A DNA stretch of 64,000 nucleotides from Eledone cirrhosa (taxonomy: Eukaryota), in assembly GCA_964016885.1 (NCBI GenBank), contig OZ024740.1:36146001-36210000 (forward strand), in the 5' to 3' direction. The notes under the pieces were generated by a model, which ran no database searches, was not told the origin of the DNA, and saw nothing but the letters and a program-made list of their open reading frames with translations. Position 1 is the first letter of the stretch; the number at the start of each line of letters is the position of its first letter. The translations under genes and the position numbers were made by a program. Positions 40,401 through 53,200 of this stretch are shown piece by piece.

Positions 40401-43400
40401 TTGGTATTATTATTGATAGCTGAGGACGAGATAGAGGCAAGCAGTGACAGTTAAGGTCTTGGTTAATATTATTGAGAGGTGAGGACGAGATAGAGGTATG
40501 CAGTGACAGTTAAGGCCTTGGTATTATTATGGATAGGTGAGGACGAGATAGAGGCAAGCAGTGACAGTTAAGGTCTTGGTTAATATTGTTGATAGGTGAG
40601 GACGAGATAGAGGCAAGCAGTCACAGTTAAGGTCTTGATTAATATTGTTGACAAGTGGGGACGAGATAGAGTCAAGCAGTGACAGTTAAGGTCTTGGTTA
40701 ATATTATTGATAGGTGGGGACGAGATAGAGGCAAGCAGTGACAGTTAAGGTCTTGGTTAATATTATTGATAAGTGAGGACGAGATAGAGGCAAGCAGTGA
40801 CAGTTAAGTTCTTGGTTAATATTGTTGATAGGTGAGGACGAGATAGAGGCAAGCAGTGACAGTTAAGGTCTTGGTTAATATTGTTGATAGGTGAGGACGA
40901 GATAGAGGCAAGCAGTGACAGTTAAGGTCTTGGTTAATATTGTTGATAGGTGAGGACGAGATAGAGGTAAGCAGTGACAGTTAAGGTCTTGGTTAATATT
41001 ATTGATAAGTGAGGACGAGATAGAGGTAAGCAGTGACAGTTAAGGTCTTGGTTAATATTATTGATAGGTGGGGACGAGATAGAGGTAAGCAGTGACAGTT
41101 AAGGTCTTGGTTAATATTATTGATAGGTGAGGACGAGATAGAGGCAAGCAGTGACAGTTAAGGTCTTGGTTAATACTATTGATAGGTGAGGACGAGATAG
41201 AGGTAAGCAGTGACAGTTAATGTCTTGGTATTATTATTGATAGGTGAGGACGAGATAGAGGCAAGCAGTGACAGTTAAGGTCTTGGTTAATATTGTTGAT
41301 AGGTGAGGACGAGATAGAGGCAAGCAGTGACAGTTAAGGTCTTGGTTAATATTGTTGATAGGTGGGGACGAGATAGAGGCAAGCAGTGACAGTTAAGGTC
41401 TTGGTTAATATTGTTGATTGGTGGGGACGAGATAGAGGCAAGCAGTGACAGTTAAGGTCTTGGTTAATATTATTGATAAGTGAGGACGAGATAGAGGCAA
41501 GCAGTGACAGTTAAGGTCTTGGTTAATATTGTTGATATGTGAGGACGAGATAGAGGCAAGCAGTGACAGTTAAGGTCTTGGTTAATATTGTTGATAGGTG
41601 AGGACGAGATAGAGGTAAGCAGTGACAGTTAAGGTCTTGGTTAATATTGTTGATAGGTGATGACGAGTTAGAGGCAAGCATTGACAGTTAAGGTCTTGGT
41701 TAATATTGTTGATAGGTGAGGACGAGATAGAGGCAAGCAGTGACATTTAAGTTCTTGGTTAATATTATTGATAGGTGAGAACGAGATAGAGGCAAGCAGT
41801 GACAGTTAAGGTCTTGGTTAATATTATTGATAGGTGGGGACGAGATAGAGGCAAGCAGTGGCAGTTAAGGTCTTGGTTAATATTATTCATAGGTGAGAAC
41901 GAGATAGATGGAAGCACTGACAGTTAAGGTCTTGGTTAATATTATTGATAGGTGAGGACGAGCTAGAGGCAAGCAGTGACAGTTAACGTCTCGGTTAATA
42001 TTGTTGATAGGTGAGGACGAGATAGAGGTAAGCAGTGACAGTTAAGGTCTTGGTTAATATTATTGATAAGTGAGGACGAGCTAGAGGCAAGCAGTGACAG
42101 TTAAGGTCTTGGTTAATATTATTGATAGGTGAGGACGAGATAGAGGCAAGCAGTGAAAGTTAAGGTCTTGCTTAATATTGTTGATAGGTGGGGACGAGAT
42201 AGAGGCAAGCAGTGACAGTTAAGGTCTTGGTTAATATTGTTGATAGGTGAGGACGAGCTAGAGGCAAGCAGTGACAGTTAACGTCTTGGTTAATATTGTT
42301 GATAGGTGAGGACGAGATAGAGGCAAGCAGTGACAGTTAAGATCTTGGTTAATATTATTGATAGGTGAGGACGAGATAGAGGCAAGCAGTGACAGTTAAG
42401 GTCTTGGTTAATATTGTTGATAGGTGGGGACGAGATAGAGGCAAGCAGTGACAGTTAAGGTCTAGGTTAATATTATTGATAGGTGGGGACGAGATAGAGA
42501 CAAGCAGTGACAGTTAAGGTCTTGGTTCATATTATTGATAAGTGAGGACGAGATAGAGGCAAGCAGTGACAGTTAAGGTCTTGGTTAATATTGTTGATAG
42601 GTGAGGACGAGATAGAGGCAAGCAGTGACAGTTAAGGTCTTGGTTAATATTGTTGATAGGTGAGGACGAGATAGAGGCAAGCAGTGACAGTTAAGTTCTT
42701 GGTTAATATTATTCATAGGTGAGAACGAGATAGAGGGAAGCAGTGACAGTTAAGGTCTTTGTTAATTTTATTGATAGGTGAGGACGAGCTAGAGGCCAGC
42801 AGTGACAGTTAACGTCTCGGTTAATATTGTTGATAGGTGAGGACGAGATAGAGGTAAGCAGTGACAGTTAAGGTCTTGGTTAATATTGTTGATAGGTGAG
42901 GACGAGATAAGGGTAAGCAGTGACAGTTAAGGTCTTGGTTAATATTGTTGATAGGTGAGGACGAGTTAGAGGCAAGCATTGACAGTTAAGGTCTTTGTTA
43001 ATATTATTGATAGGTGGGGACGAGATAGAGGTAAGCAGTGACAGTTAAGGTCTTGGTTAATATTATTGATAGGTGAGGACCAGATAGAGGCAAGCAGTGA
43101 TAGTTAAGGTCTTGGTTAATATTGTTGATAGGTGGGGACGAGATAGAGGCAAGCAGTGACAGTTAAGGTCTTGGTTAATATTATTGATAAGTGAGGACGA
43201 GCTAGAGGCCAGCAGTGACAGTTAACGTCTCGGTTAATATTGTTGATAGGTGAGGACGAGATAGAGGTAAGCAGTGACAGTTAAGGTCTTGGTTAATATT
43301 ATTGATAGGTGAGGACGAGATAGAGGCAAGCAGTGACAGTTAAGGTCTTGGTTAATATTGTTGATAGGTGGGGACGAGATTGAGGCAAGCAGTGACAGTT

Positions 43401-43508
43401 AAGGTCTAGGTTAATATTATTGATAGGCGAGAACGAGATAGAGGTAAGCAGTGACAGTTAAGGTCTTGGTTAATATTATTGATAGGTGAGGACGAGATAG
43501 AGGCAAGC
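37451..43508 (+). repeat. 59-bp satellite, right domain (~100 monomers), less ordered
   Basis: Same consensus with a different set of variants (GTATGCAG, TTAGTA, GGTCTAGG). Confidence 0.98.
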
Positions 43509-43650
43509 GATGGGAGAGTCAATTGCCTGTTTATTTCCATTAGAATTACTACTAACAACTGACTGAATGTAACACAATAAATTCGTACATTTCCTATTTT
43601 TATGGTTTTCTACACATTCAGATTTACATTATGATACACATATTACAGAA

Positions 43651-43833
43651 CTACAGAAATACAAAGAGAATAGACTAACGACGAGAACTACTACAGACCA
43701 TTCAGAGGTATACAGACCATTACCCTCTCTCACTTACTATGGTCTCAGACTCACGATGACAACGTCAACCTTCGCAACTCTTGGTAACTTCTTTTATTGT
43801 ATTTTTATGATTCACGTGAAGCAAACCATATAT
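43651..43833 (+). mobile_element. Partial LTR-like copy (direct repeat of 45103-45285)
   Basis: ~180 bp near-identical segment CTACAGAAATAC...AAACCATATAT. Confidence 0.75.
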
Positions 43834-44166
43834 CAACAACTTTCTCTTACCAAACACTTCACCACTTGCTTCGTAATTTCCAACAACAACAACAAACAAT
43901 ACTACTAGCTTCTTAGCAAGAAAACATTCACATAAAGAAGAGAGAACTGAACTTTTTGTTAAGAACAATTATATACATTTAAAAAATTTTTTTTTTACAG
44001 GTTGTATATGAATGTCATTTTTTAATTTTTTTTTCGTTTTACTGTATTATATGCCTGTATGAATAACACGTTTTGCATCAAACACACATCATTTTCTTTG
44101 TCACACAGCAACATGTTTTTGCCTATGGTATATTCTGGATTCGGTTGGGTCTCTGCGGGATCACTT

Positions 44167-44493
44167 TTCAACTGGTACAGCAAAAGCTATTAAACACATA
44201 ATAATCAACCCACGGTTACTACTCGCTCGACTCACTCAAGCACACAACTCAAAATTGCACACAGTCATGTTATAGCATAAACATCGACTCATTGGAAGAG
44301 AATCTTACGTATGATAATACATCGAGATTCAACTGGTCGAAGTTCGGCAACAGCTATTTAACACATGATAATCAACCCACGGTTACTACTCACTCTACTC
44401 ACTGAGCACGCAACTCAAAATTGCACACACTCATGTCATAGCGTAAACCTCGACTCACCGGAAAAGCATCTTACGTATGATGATACATCGAGA
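44167..44493 (+). repeat. Tandem duplication, ~161-166 bp unit x2
   Basis: TTCAACTGGT...AATCAACCCACGGTTACTACTC...CTTACGTATGA..ATACATCGAGA starting at 44167 and 44328. Confidence 0.85.
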
Positions 44494-44790
44494 GAAATAG
44501 TCCTCTGTGTTATCATATCGTAATCCGATACCGTAACCCCAACGTACATCCATCCATACACAACAGTTCGAAATACATGATCACAACTTTGTATGTTTAC
44601 AGTTTCTTCTAAATGTTTCACACACACACACATTCATACACAGTTACACGATATATATATATTTTTCTCTCTCCAAATTTCTCTATACTCGAAGTGCAGG
44701 CGCTGTACCCACATTTTGTGTGTTTTGGGACACGCTTCTAGGAATCAGATTTCGCTACCCCTTTTATAATCGATCTGGGTAGGGAACTAA

Positions 44791-45330
44791 TGTAGCGAGA
44801 TCTGTCCACGCCTTGAACCTTGAGTGACAGCTAAAGGTCAAATTCTAGGTCACCACCCTTTTGGTGTGAACAAGATGATGCGTTGGCTATCCCCTAAAGG
44901 TAGGAGGCAGAAAGCGACAGGTATATAAAGCCTATATTTTCCCACGTTGAACAGAAAGATCGGAGCATTACGCTAGCAACTAATTATGTAAAGATTCACC
45001 GCTACCTTCAGGCCTTTGAGGTCTACAGAAATACAGAGACATCGGAGCACCACGACATACAAGCTATGCAAAGATTCACCGCTATCAACAGACCCCAGTG
45101 GTCTACAGAAATACAGAGAGAATAGACTAACGACGAGAACTACTACAGACCATTCAGAGGTATACAAACCATTACTCTCTCTCACTCACTATGGTCTCAG
45201 ACTCACGACGTCAACGTCAACCTTCGCAACTCTTGGTAACTTCTTTTATTGTACTTTTATGATTCGCGTGAAATAAACCATATATAAACTAAAATCTTTA
45301 TTCTTGTTATAATCATTTCTAATAACCACA
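44791..45330 (+). mobile_element. Probable 3' LTR of an LTR retrotransposon remnant
   Basis: Starts TGTAG and ends ACCACA. PPT-like GGGTAGGGAA at 44777-44786, TATATAAA at ~44922, AATAAA at 45271-45276, and an internal 80-bp tandem duplication. Confidence 0.6.
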
Positions 45331-45382
45331 TATAACCATCTAAAAACTTTAAAATACCCTTCGTTAAATATATATTATATAT

Positions 45383-45570
45383 ATAATTATTTCATTTACC
45401 AAAGGTTTCACGAAGACAGACAGGACTGATACAGACGTTTGACTTCGTTCGTCAGAATGAAAATTTATTTAAAATGGATTTTAAATAAATTTTCATTCTG
45501 ACAAGCGAAGTCAGACGTCTGTATCAGGCTTGTCTGTCTTCGTGAGACCTTTGGTAAGTGAAATAATTAT
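45383..45570. mobile_element. 188-bp near-perfect palindrome (fold-back, MITE-like)
   Basis: ATAATTATTTCATTTACCAAAGGTTTCACGAAGACAGACA... pairs with ...TGTCTGTCTTCGTGAGACCTTTGGTAAGTGAAATAATTAT, centred near 45476. Confidence 0.85.
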
Positions 45571-45675
45571 CTTATGTTGTTTATTACATAACTAAAAAGC
45601 TATGTAGTCTACATAGAACACTCTCTTTTCCTTTACCTTTCTTACGGAAACACTTCATATATATATATATATATA

Positions 45676-45724
<49 letters not shown>

Positions 45725-45731
45725 ATATATA

Positions 45732-45900
45732 TCATCATCTCATCATCATCATCTTCGTTTAACGTCCATTTTCCACGCTAGCATGGGTTAGACGGGAGTT
45801 GTCCTACTTGAGGCAAGGCTGGTCGGGTGTCCGTGTTTCGCTCATACAGGACTATCTGGCAGGTTTTCTACGGCTGGATACCCTTCCTAACACCAACCAC
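45732..45900 (-). mobile_element. Retroposon 3' end with (GAT)n tail, RTE-related SINE-like fragment
   Basis: (CAT)n followed by CGTTTAACGTCCATTTTCCACGCTAGCATGGGTT...CTACGGCTGGATACCCTTCCTAACACCAACC, a pattern I associate with RTE-linked repeats. Not database-verified. Confidence 0.5.
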
Positions 45901-46036
45901 ATTTACAGTGTGGAACTGGGAACTTTTTACCGTGTTACCTACACGACCACATTACAGCGTGGACTGTGTGTGTTTTTTTTGTCGTGACACCTACACGATC
46001 TCGATCTCATATATATATATTTATATATATATATAA

Positions 46037-46612
46037 ATATAGTAATGAGATACACACACAGATACATAGGTATATGTGTGCGCGGCGTCCGCCTTGACCA
46101 GATTTGCTCAATAACCAAAAGAGTTAAAATAATCAAAAGAATTATAATAGTCAAATAATCAGAGCTATTTATCAAATTATAAATGCGAGGAAATAATAGA
46201 CAAAAATATACTTATTTTTTCTTCAAAGTCAAATTGTAATGCAGCAATCCTGCACTAGAAAGTGCCCCATCGCTGTGAAGTTATTTGGTTTATCAAGAGA
46301 CCCCTTCAATTTAGTGAACTGTTTCAATTGAATAATTCTCGGGGGGGGGGGGGGGAGAAATTAACACATGATACAGCGGTCACAGAAGGAAGGTGAAGGC
46401 TGGACATTTAGCGAGTACCGTATTTGCTAGAAAAAGCAGTTAGCACCCGCCTGGTTAACTCAACCATAAGGGAGTTTGGGACAAAATAGTAATGAGATAC
46501 ATAGGTATATGTATGTGACCGCCTTGACCAGCTTTGCTCAATGACAGAAAGAGTTAAAATAATCAATTAATTTATCAAATTATAAATGCGAGGAAATAAT
46601 CGACAAAAATAT
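46037..46612 (+). repeat. Two diverged direct copies of a ~130-170 bp segment (46037-46211 and 46485-46612)
   Basis: Shared blocks ATAGTAATGAGATACA, CCGCCTTGACCAG, AGAGTTAAAATAATCAA and ATTTATCAAATTATAAATGCGAGGAAATAAT. Confidence 0.8.
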
Positions 46613-46725
46613 ACCTATACATATAGACATACACACCCACACACTCATACAGATATTAGTGTGTGTATGAGTATGTATGTGTATATGTCTGTGTGTGTGT
46701 CTGTACTGGTTATAGCTAGCTAGCT

Positions 46726-46993
46726 AGAAATAGAGAGAGAGAGGAAGAGAGGAAAAGAGAGAGTGGGTGAGTGAGAGTGAGAGGGAGAGGGAGAGGAAAT
46801 AAGAGAGTGGGTGAGTGAGAGTGAGAGAGAGAGAGAGAGAGAGAGGAAGAGAGGAAAAGAGAGAGTGGGTGAGTGAGAGTGAGAGTGAGAGAGAGAGGAA
46901 GAGAGGAAAAGAGAGAGTGGGTGAGTGAGAGTGAGAGTGAGAGAGAGAGAGAGTGGGGAGAAAAAGTGAGAGAGTGAGAAAGTGAGAGAGAGA
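46726..46993. repeat. GA-rich compound minisatellite
   Basis: Recurrent GAGAGGAAGAGAGGAAAAGAGAGAGTGGGTGAGTGAGAGT units. Confidence 0.9.
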
Positions 46994-47384
46994 GAATCGG
47001 CAGAATTTAAACAACATAACTAATAGAAACATTATCTTAGTTAAAGATAGAGATACACTCACTTTAATTATCTTGTCGCCCACTTCATTTCTATTAGAGG
47101 TTTGATTACCTCGTAATTATAACATGAAATATAAAGTACATTAAGTTATTTTATTCAAAGATCCTGCCCACGTAATTCTGTTACCAAACAACCCACGTCA
47201 TATAATATATCCATATATCTTCTTTTATAGTGATTGCTTTCATATTGAACTATGACACAGAATTTACAAATAGCATAAATTGTATTTATGTAAATACAGT
47301 TTAATAGAAAAAGAAAAAAAGAAAATTTAGATTGAGAAGAAAGAATGGAATGTAAAAAAGGAAAATATAAAGGAAAAAGAAAAA

Positions 47385-47850
47385 AATGGAAAGGGGAGTG
47401 AATGGCAAGCACTCTAGTCTCAGAGAAGAATGTGGAGGGGTGTGGGGAGGAGGTTTGGGATCTGGGCCTAGGGTGCTGCGGTAGAGAGGCTGCACCTCGC
47501 GGACAAGAACGCAAAAGTTTTCTCCTGGACAATGGCTAGCAAAACCCGCTGCAACAGCCACCCTACCCCGGACGGGCCGCCGACGTTCGGATCTTGCGGA
47601 GGAACTCCTTTCCACTGTAAAATATTTTCATCTCCGACTGGTTCGCGGTCGTGCCCTTGGAAGTGGAGACTTCTGGTGTCTTTGACCCTAGGGCTACTTC
47701 CCTATTCACCTCCATAGGCGCTGAGCTGGCCAGCCGCAGGTGTGAGCCTCGCGAGTTGGAATGTCTTTTCCAACGCATCTCCCTTACCCTCCTCCGGGGA
47801 AACGCCTTCTCCATCCTGTCCGCCGGGGTTGTGGGGAGGCCAACACGTGG
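47385..47850 (-). mobile_element. GC-rich dispersed-repeat fragment, possibly the 3' end of a LINE ORF1
   Basis: 47788-47838 recurs at ~63491-63541 (TCCTCCGGGGAAACGCC.TCTCCAT.CTGTCCGCC.GGG.TGTGGGGAG). Family assignment is weak. Confidence 0.35.
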
Positions 47851-48108
47851 GACCCCATTTGCTCACCATACGGATTAATAGGCAAAGTTATAAACTATTG
47901 TAAATAAATAATTATAGTTTTAAAAAAAAAGTAAACGGTTATAGATCATAAATATAAACGACAGTTAAATATTTTCTTCTAGAAATATATTTTATTCAAT
48001 TTCTATTTCAAGGATTGTTTTTGACGTTGCAAATGAAGTGTAAATGGTAAGGCGAGTTAAATAATTATTCGTGTTGTTGTACAGTTGAATATTTCGACAC
48101 CGCATATG

Positions 48109-48109
<1 letters not shown>

Positions 48110-48142
<33 letters not shown>
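48110..48142. repeat. (ATT)11 tract abutting the 5' end of Tx1 copy 2
   Basis: Read directly. Confidence 0.97.
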
Positions 48143-48357
48143 GGCGACCTACGTAGTAAATCGTATCATCGTGAGCTCCGCAAAGATTTGTTATTTTCAG
48201 TTGTTTAAAATTGCCATTTATGGAAATTTTTTATTGTTAACTGTATATAAGTGCACATACATTGATTTCTGAAAAGGACACTCAAAAATATTGGGGCCTT
48301 GAGCCCAAAATTTAAACTTTTTATAATTATCAAACAAAAATTTTTCTTTGAAAAATC

Positions 48358-50240
48358 ATGGCTGACTCAAAGTCACTCCTACCACACAATCTAACACCTC
48401 ACACCGACATCACCATTGTAAATATTGCTACGTTTGCCAACACTGGAAGTGTAAGCAGTAGCAATATTTCTCAGGCAGACGTTCATTTCCCGCCATTACC
48501 AATGACTGCAGGTGTTAAAGCCGCCACCACCACCACCACGACCGCGACAAACCCCACCCCCACCACCACCACAGCGACAACAGAAACAAAAGAAAAAATA
48601 AATTAACTCGTGATATCGAAATGAATTCAACCAAAATGAACTCTTCCACACCGAACACCACTGACGCCACCACCACCACAACTGAAACTAAAATTAACAA
48701 TAGCAAAAATAACGATAACAACAACAGCAACAATGAAATTAAGAAAACTACCCTGAGTTTTGCCAGAGTATCAAAAACGTGCGAAGCGATCCAGGTAACT
48801 CAGGAGGAATTAGAAGAAGCCAAAGGAATGGAAAAGAAAGATGGGTACAGGGTCAGCCTCACCCCCACCTAATAAAATGAAGCAACATCGCCTATGCACC
48901 GTGCCTTATCGGACAATTAACATAAAATCGCGCCGAGTGGAACGGGCATCCGAATCCCAAATCCAAAGAGCTTTGGGACATGTGTGGGAAAAAAAACCCA
49001 CATCAGACGTGGGCAGAAGTATGGAACCGTGGACGTGTTCTTTGAAACACCATAGGAGGCCAGAGAACACTCCATGGCCCCATTAAGAAGTGACGACTTC
49101 ACACACGTCCCAAGCTATTATAGCCAGAGACTTGTGAAGATCAGGGTGACCCACGTTCCACCGGACATCGAAATTCCCTGGCTAATGGCTGCCGTCCTCG
49201 CCGGTATCGAGGCCAACACCAAGATCCAAGCGGACCATAAAAGCATTGAAGAGATCCCAGAGGTAATAGACCTCACTGACGGCAGCCACCTCACCGTAAT
49301 TGTCGAGGGTAGAAGACCTAGGTGTGTCGTTTGTGGTGAAGGAACCCACCTAAGGGCTTTCTGCCCTCAGGCTAAAAGGTTGAGGCCACCTCTCTTACCC
49401 ACCCCAGTGACTCAACCATCAACACCACCAGCAGCAGAAATGGCAGCAACAACTGTAGCAGCAACAACAGAAGCAACTGTAACAGCAACAACCCCAGCAA
49501 CAGTAGCAAAACCAACACCACCACCACCACCCAACGCGCCAGAACTAGCACCAGCGCCTACACCATCCACCACGCCACAACCAAAACCAACGCTTGTGGG
49601 GGATTTTCCACTCCGCGGCTTATCGCAACTGGAGACAGATTGTGACGACGAGGAGTGGGAAACGGTATCAGGAAAAAAGAAAAAAAGAAACCAAAAAAGA
49701 AAAAAATTCTCTTCCTTCCCTCTCCAAAAACAAAATACAGAGGGAAACAAATAAATTATCAAACAAAAAAGTTAGGACAGATATGCCATCATCCACACCA
49801 GAATCACCAACCCCATCACCCCAAACACCAACACCATCACCATCATTAACCCCAACACCACCATCACCAACACCACAAAAGTCACCAAAAAGCGTAACAG
49901 AAACAAACCCACAACAAACGCAAACAAAACAAAACAACCAAAACGATACACACTACACAGCATTAAATTTGAACAACAACCAATTATTACACTACATGCA
50001 ACACAACACCAGCACCACAGAAAAAGACTACACAACAACCCAAAAGATCACACCACCTCCACACATACAAATCACTCGCATCACACAGAAAACGCACACG
50101 ACACTAAAACAAAAATTTCCCAAAGACATCGGAAACTTCCGACAAAACACTCTCCAGGAGGATTTATAAGGACATCCTTCTGGAGGAGGCCACAAGCGGT
50201 GAAAAGGATGGACAAACCATCCTTCCTCTACGAGAAGTAA
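48358..50240 (+). pseudogene. Tx1 copy 2 ORF1, disrupted
   Basis: Zinc knuckle CVVCGEGTHLRAFC after VEGR, plus Thr/Pro-rich tracts. Split across several frames by stops and frameshifts. Confidence 0.85.
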
Positions 50241-50279
50241 GTTAAGTGGTCTTTCCCATCTTTTCCACTCCATTTCAAC

Positions 50280-53200
50280 ATGACCTCACTCAGAATAGGC
50301 AGCATAAATGCGCGTGGCTTGGGGTCGTCATGAAAGCAGGGCCACCTGCTCAACGACCTCAGGTCACTAAACATAGATGTAGTGGCCATCAGCGAGACCA
50401 GAATCTCCGAAGCACGGACTTCGCACCGATCTTCGGCGGCTACGATGTGTACGCATCTCCCAGCCGTCCGGGATCGGGGGTGGAGTTGCTGTGCTTTTTC
50501 GGAGAGGTTTGTATCTCGCCATACGGGCCATATTCCTGGACCGAGAAGGTAAGTTGGTGGTGCTAGACGTGACCAGCGGAGACGGGCAAGCTTTCAGGCT
50601 AGTGGCCGTCTATGCCCCGAGAGGAGCAGGGCGGCCTGATTTGTTCCGGCGTCTGGAGACCTTTCTTGGAACGTCCCGCTCTTTAGTGTTAATGTGCGAC
50701 TGGAACGGGATCTTAGATGCACGCTGGGATTGTGTGGGATTAGCGGATAGGGGAGGAGGGTGCAAGAGCCTCACCAACCTGCTCAGGCGTTTTGAACTGT
50801 CTGACAGGTACCGATTGGATTTCCCGAATGTGCCAATGTGGACTTGGACAAGTCGCATAGGGTCATCCAGATCATATCTAGATAGAGTATTTTGTAGAGA
50901 AATAGATAGGTCTAGCATAGGCTGTCCACAATTCAAGATAGTCAGCTACACGGACCACGAATTCGTGATCTGTGTGCTTGACTTAGATAGGCTTCATAGA
51001 CGAGGACCCGGCTACTGGAAGCTAAACGCGTTGTTAACAGCGCGCAGGGCCTACAGAGACCGGATTAGCGAACTAGTTGAGCGGGCGTTGACGGGGGCCA
51101 TCGTCAACAACAAGTGGTGGTTTGCTCTGAAAAGAGCAATTAGAATAGAGTCCATTAGGTTTAGTAAGGCTTTAGCAATAGAGAAAAATAGAGCAGAGGA
51201 AGAATTAGTTAGAAAATTAGACGAGGCGCTTAGCAAAGGCATCGCGACCGACGTACTTGCGGCGAAATTGGCTCAGTTAGTTCGGGGGAAGCGGCGGGCC
51301 GGATCAAGGGATGGACTTTAGTGTCTACCTCGACGGACTGCGGCGGGTCTCGGTCACTGAGGCGGAGTGTTGCGAAAAGCCGATAACAGCCGCTGAAGTA
51401 CGGGAGGCAAGGACTGGCTGCACAAGGGGTAAATCGCCTGGTTTGGATGGTCTGCCCTATGAATTTTACGTACAGATGCCAGACTTGTTCGGAGGCCTCT
51501 TGGCGGACGTCTACTGCAACTGGCAACAGAACGGAAGAATTCCCAGCTCTGTGAGCCGAGGAGCTGTGGCGCTGCTGAGAAAGGATCCGAACAAGGGGGA
51601 TAACATAGATAATTTTAGGCCCATAACTCTGCTAAACAGAGAGTTCAAGATTTTGGCCAAGGGGCTAGCAAAGAGGTTGGCGCTTGTCGTTGGTGGTCTG
51701 GTGGGAGAGGCGCAGACATGCGCCATTCCCGACAGATCCATCCACTACAACCTCCACCTCATGCGATACATCGTAGAGAGGGTAGCTAGGGAACCTGGCA
51801 CGATTGGGTCCTTGATCAATTTAGATCAGTCGAAAGCTTTCGATAGGGTCGGCCATCGTTACCTAGCGGCAGCCCTGAGGGCGGCTGGCTTTGGGCCCGT
51901 CTTCAGAGGCTGGATCGCTGCCATGCACAGCGACATCTGCTCTGTGGTGAGAGTGAACGGTCACCTTTCGGAACCGTTCAACATCATGCGCTCGGTCCGC
52001 CAAGGATGTCCCCTCTCGTCCCTCTTGTACGTATTGACTCTCGAGCCATTACTGCACAAACTGGAGACGTTGAGGGGGCTCCCGCGCGAACTAGGATGCG
52101 GAAGATCCGTGTCAGCATATGCGGACGATGTCACCGTAGTGGTGTCGAACGTCAAACACATCGAGGCGATCGGCCCTACACTAAGAGAATACGAAGCGGT
52201 GACAAGAGCAATGATCAACCAGGAAAAGTCAGTGGGCCTGCAGCTCGGCACCTGGAGAGGCAGGTCCATGGCGTCCAACAGCGTTGTCGGGCGCTGGACG
52301 GACGGACCAGTTAAATTGCTCGGGGTCTGGTTCGGTCCGGATCTCCAGACGGACAAATACTGGGACGAGGTGACGAGCAGGGTGGCTTCTCTCACCCAGA
52401 AATTGGCCGAGAGGAAGCTATCCCTGAAAGGTCGAGCGGAGGTGGCTAACGCGTATATCGCGTCCGTCATCTACTACGTCCTGACCGTCGTACCTTGTCC
52501 TAAGCCCCGCCTGACTGCGCTGGAGCGTTTGCTCTTTCGCTTTTTGTGGAAGGAACGCGCTCCGATGGTCAGGCGGTCCATCTGCTGTCAACACCGCTAC
52601 GTGGAGGGCTGCGAATGCCGTGGCTGATGATGCGCAGACACGCGCTCAGGCTACGACATCTCCACCTCTTCCTCGACGGTGATCAGGTGAGGTCTCCGTT
52701 TGCTAGACGTGTCTTTCCCCAGCTCGTCTCCTTGACGGAGCTGCAGTCCTGGGTCAAGCGAAGACCGAGAGGGAGCGCTTGGAGACTGGAATGTCTTCAT
52801 GCGCTCACAGCCCTCGACCAATCGGGCAATGTGATCGGTGGAAACTCCACCTTGGCGTTCTATAGAGGATTAGTGGAGGGGAAGAGCGACGACGTACTTG
52901 GAGAAACTCTAGGCGTCGACGAAAATCAACTAGCCAATCTCTTCGGTAGAACTTTCGGGCCGGGGCCTATGGACAACTTCCAGAAATCCCTGGCCTGACA
53001 GTGCTACCGAGGAGCTTTGCCAGTTCGGGATAAACTCTACAGGCATGGAGGTGCCGTCAGCCGGGCATGTCCGAGATGAGCGCAGGGCAACGAAACCGTC
53101 CTGCACGCACTCGCCCGGTGTCCAAAAATTGCTGACTTGTGGGTTTATGTCGAACACCTGCTGTCGCGTGTAGGACGGATCCGGCTATCATCTGAGTCCA

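Noticed and set aside
5177-43508. CRISPR-like array
   Set aside because: Monomers are contiguous with no unique spacers, there are no cas genes, and the context is eukaryotic. It is a tandem satellite.
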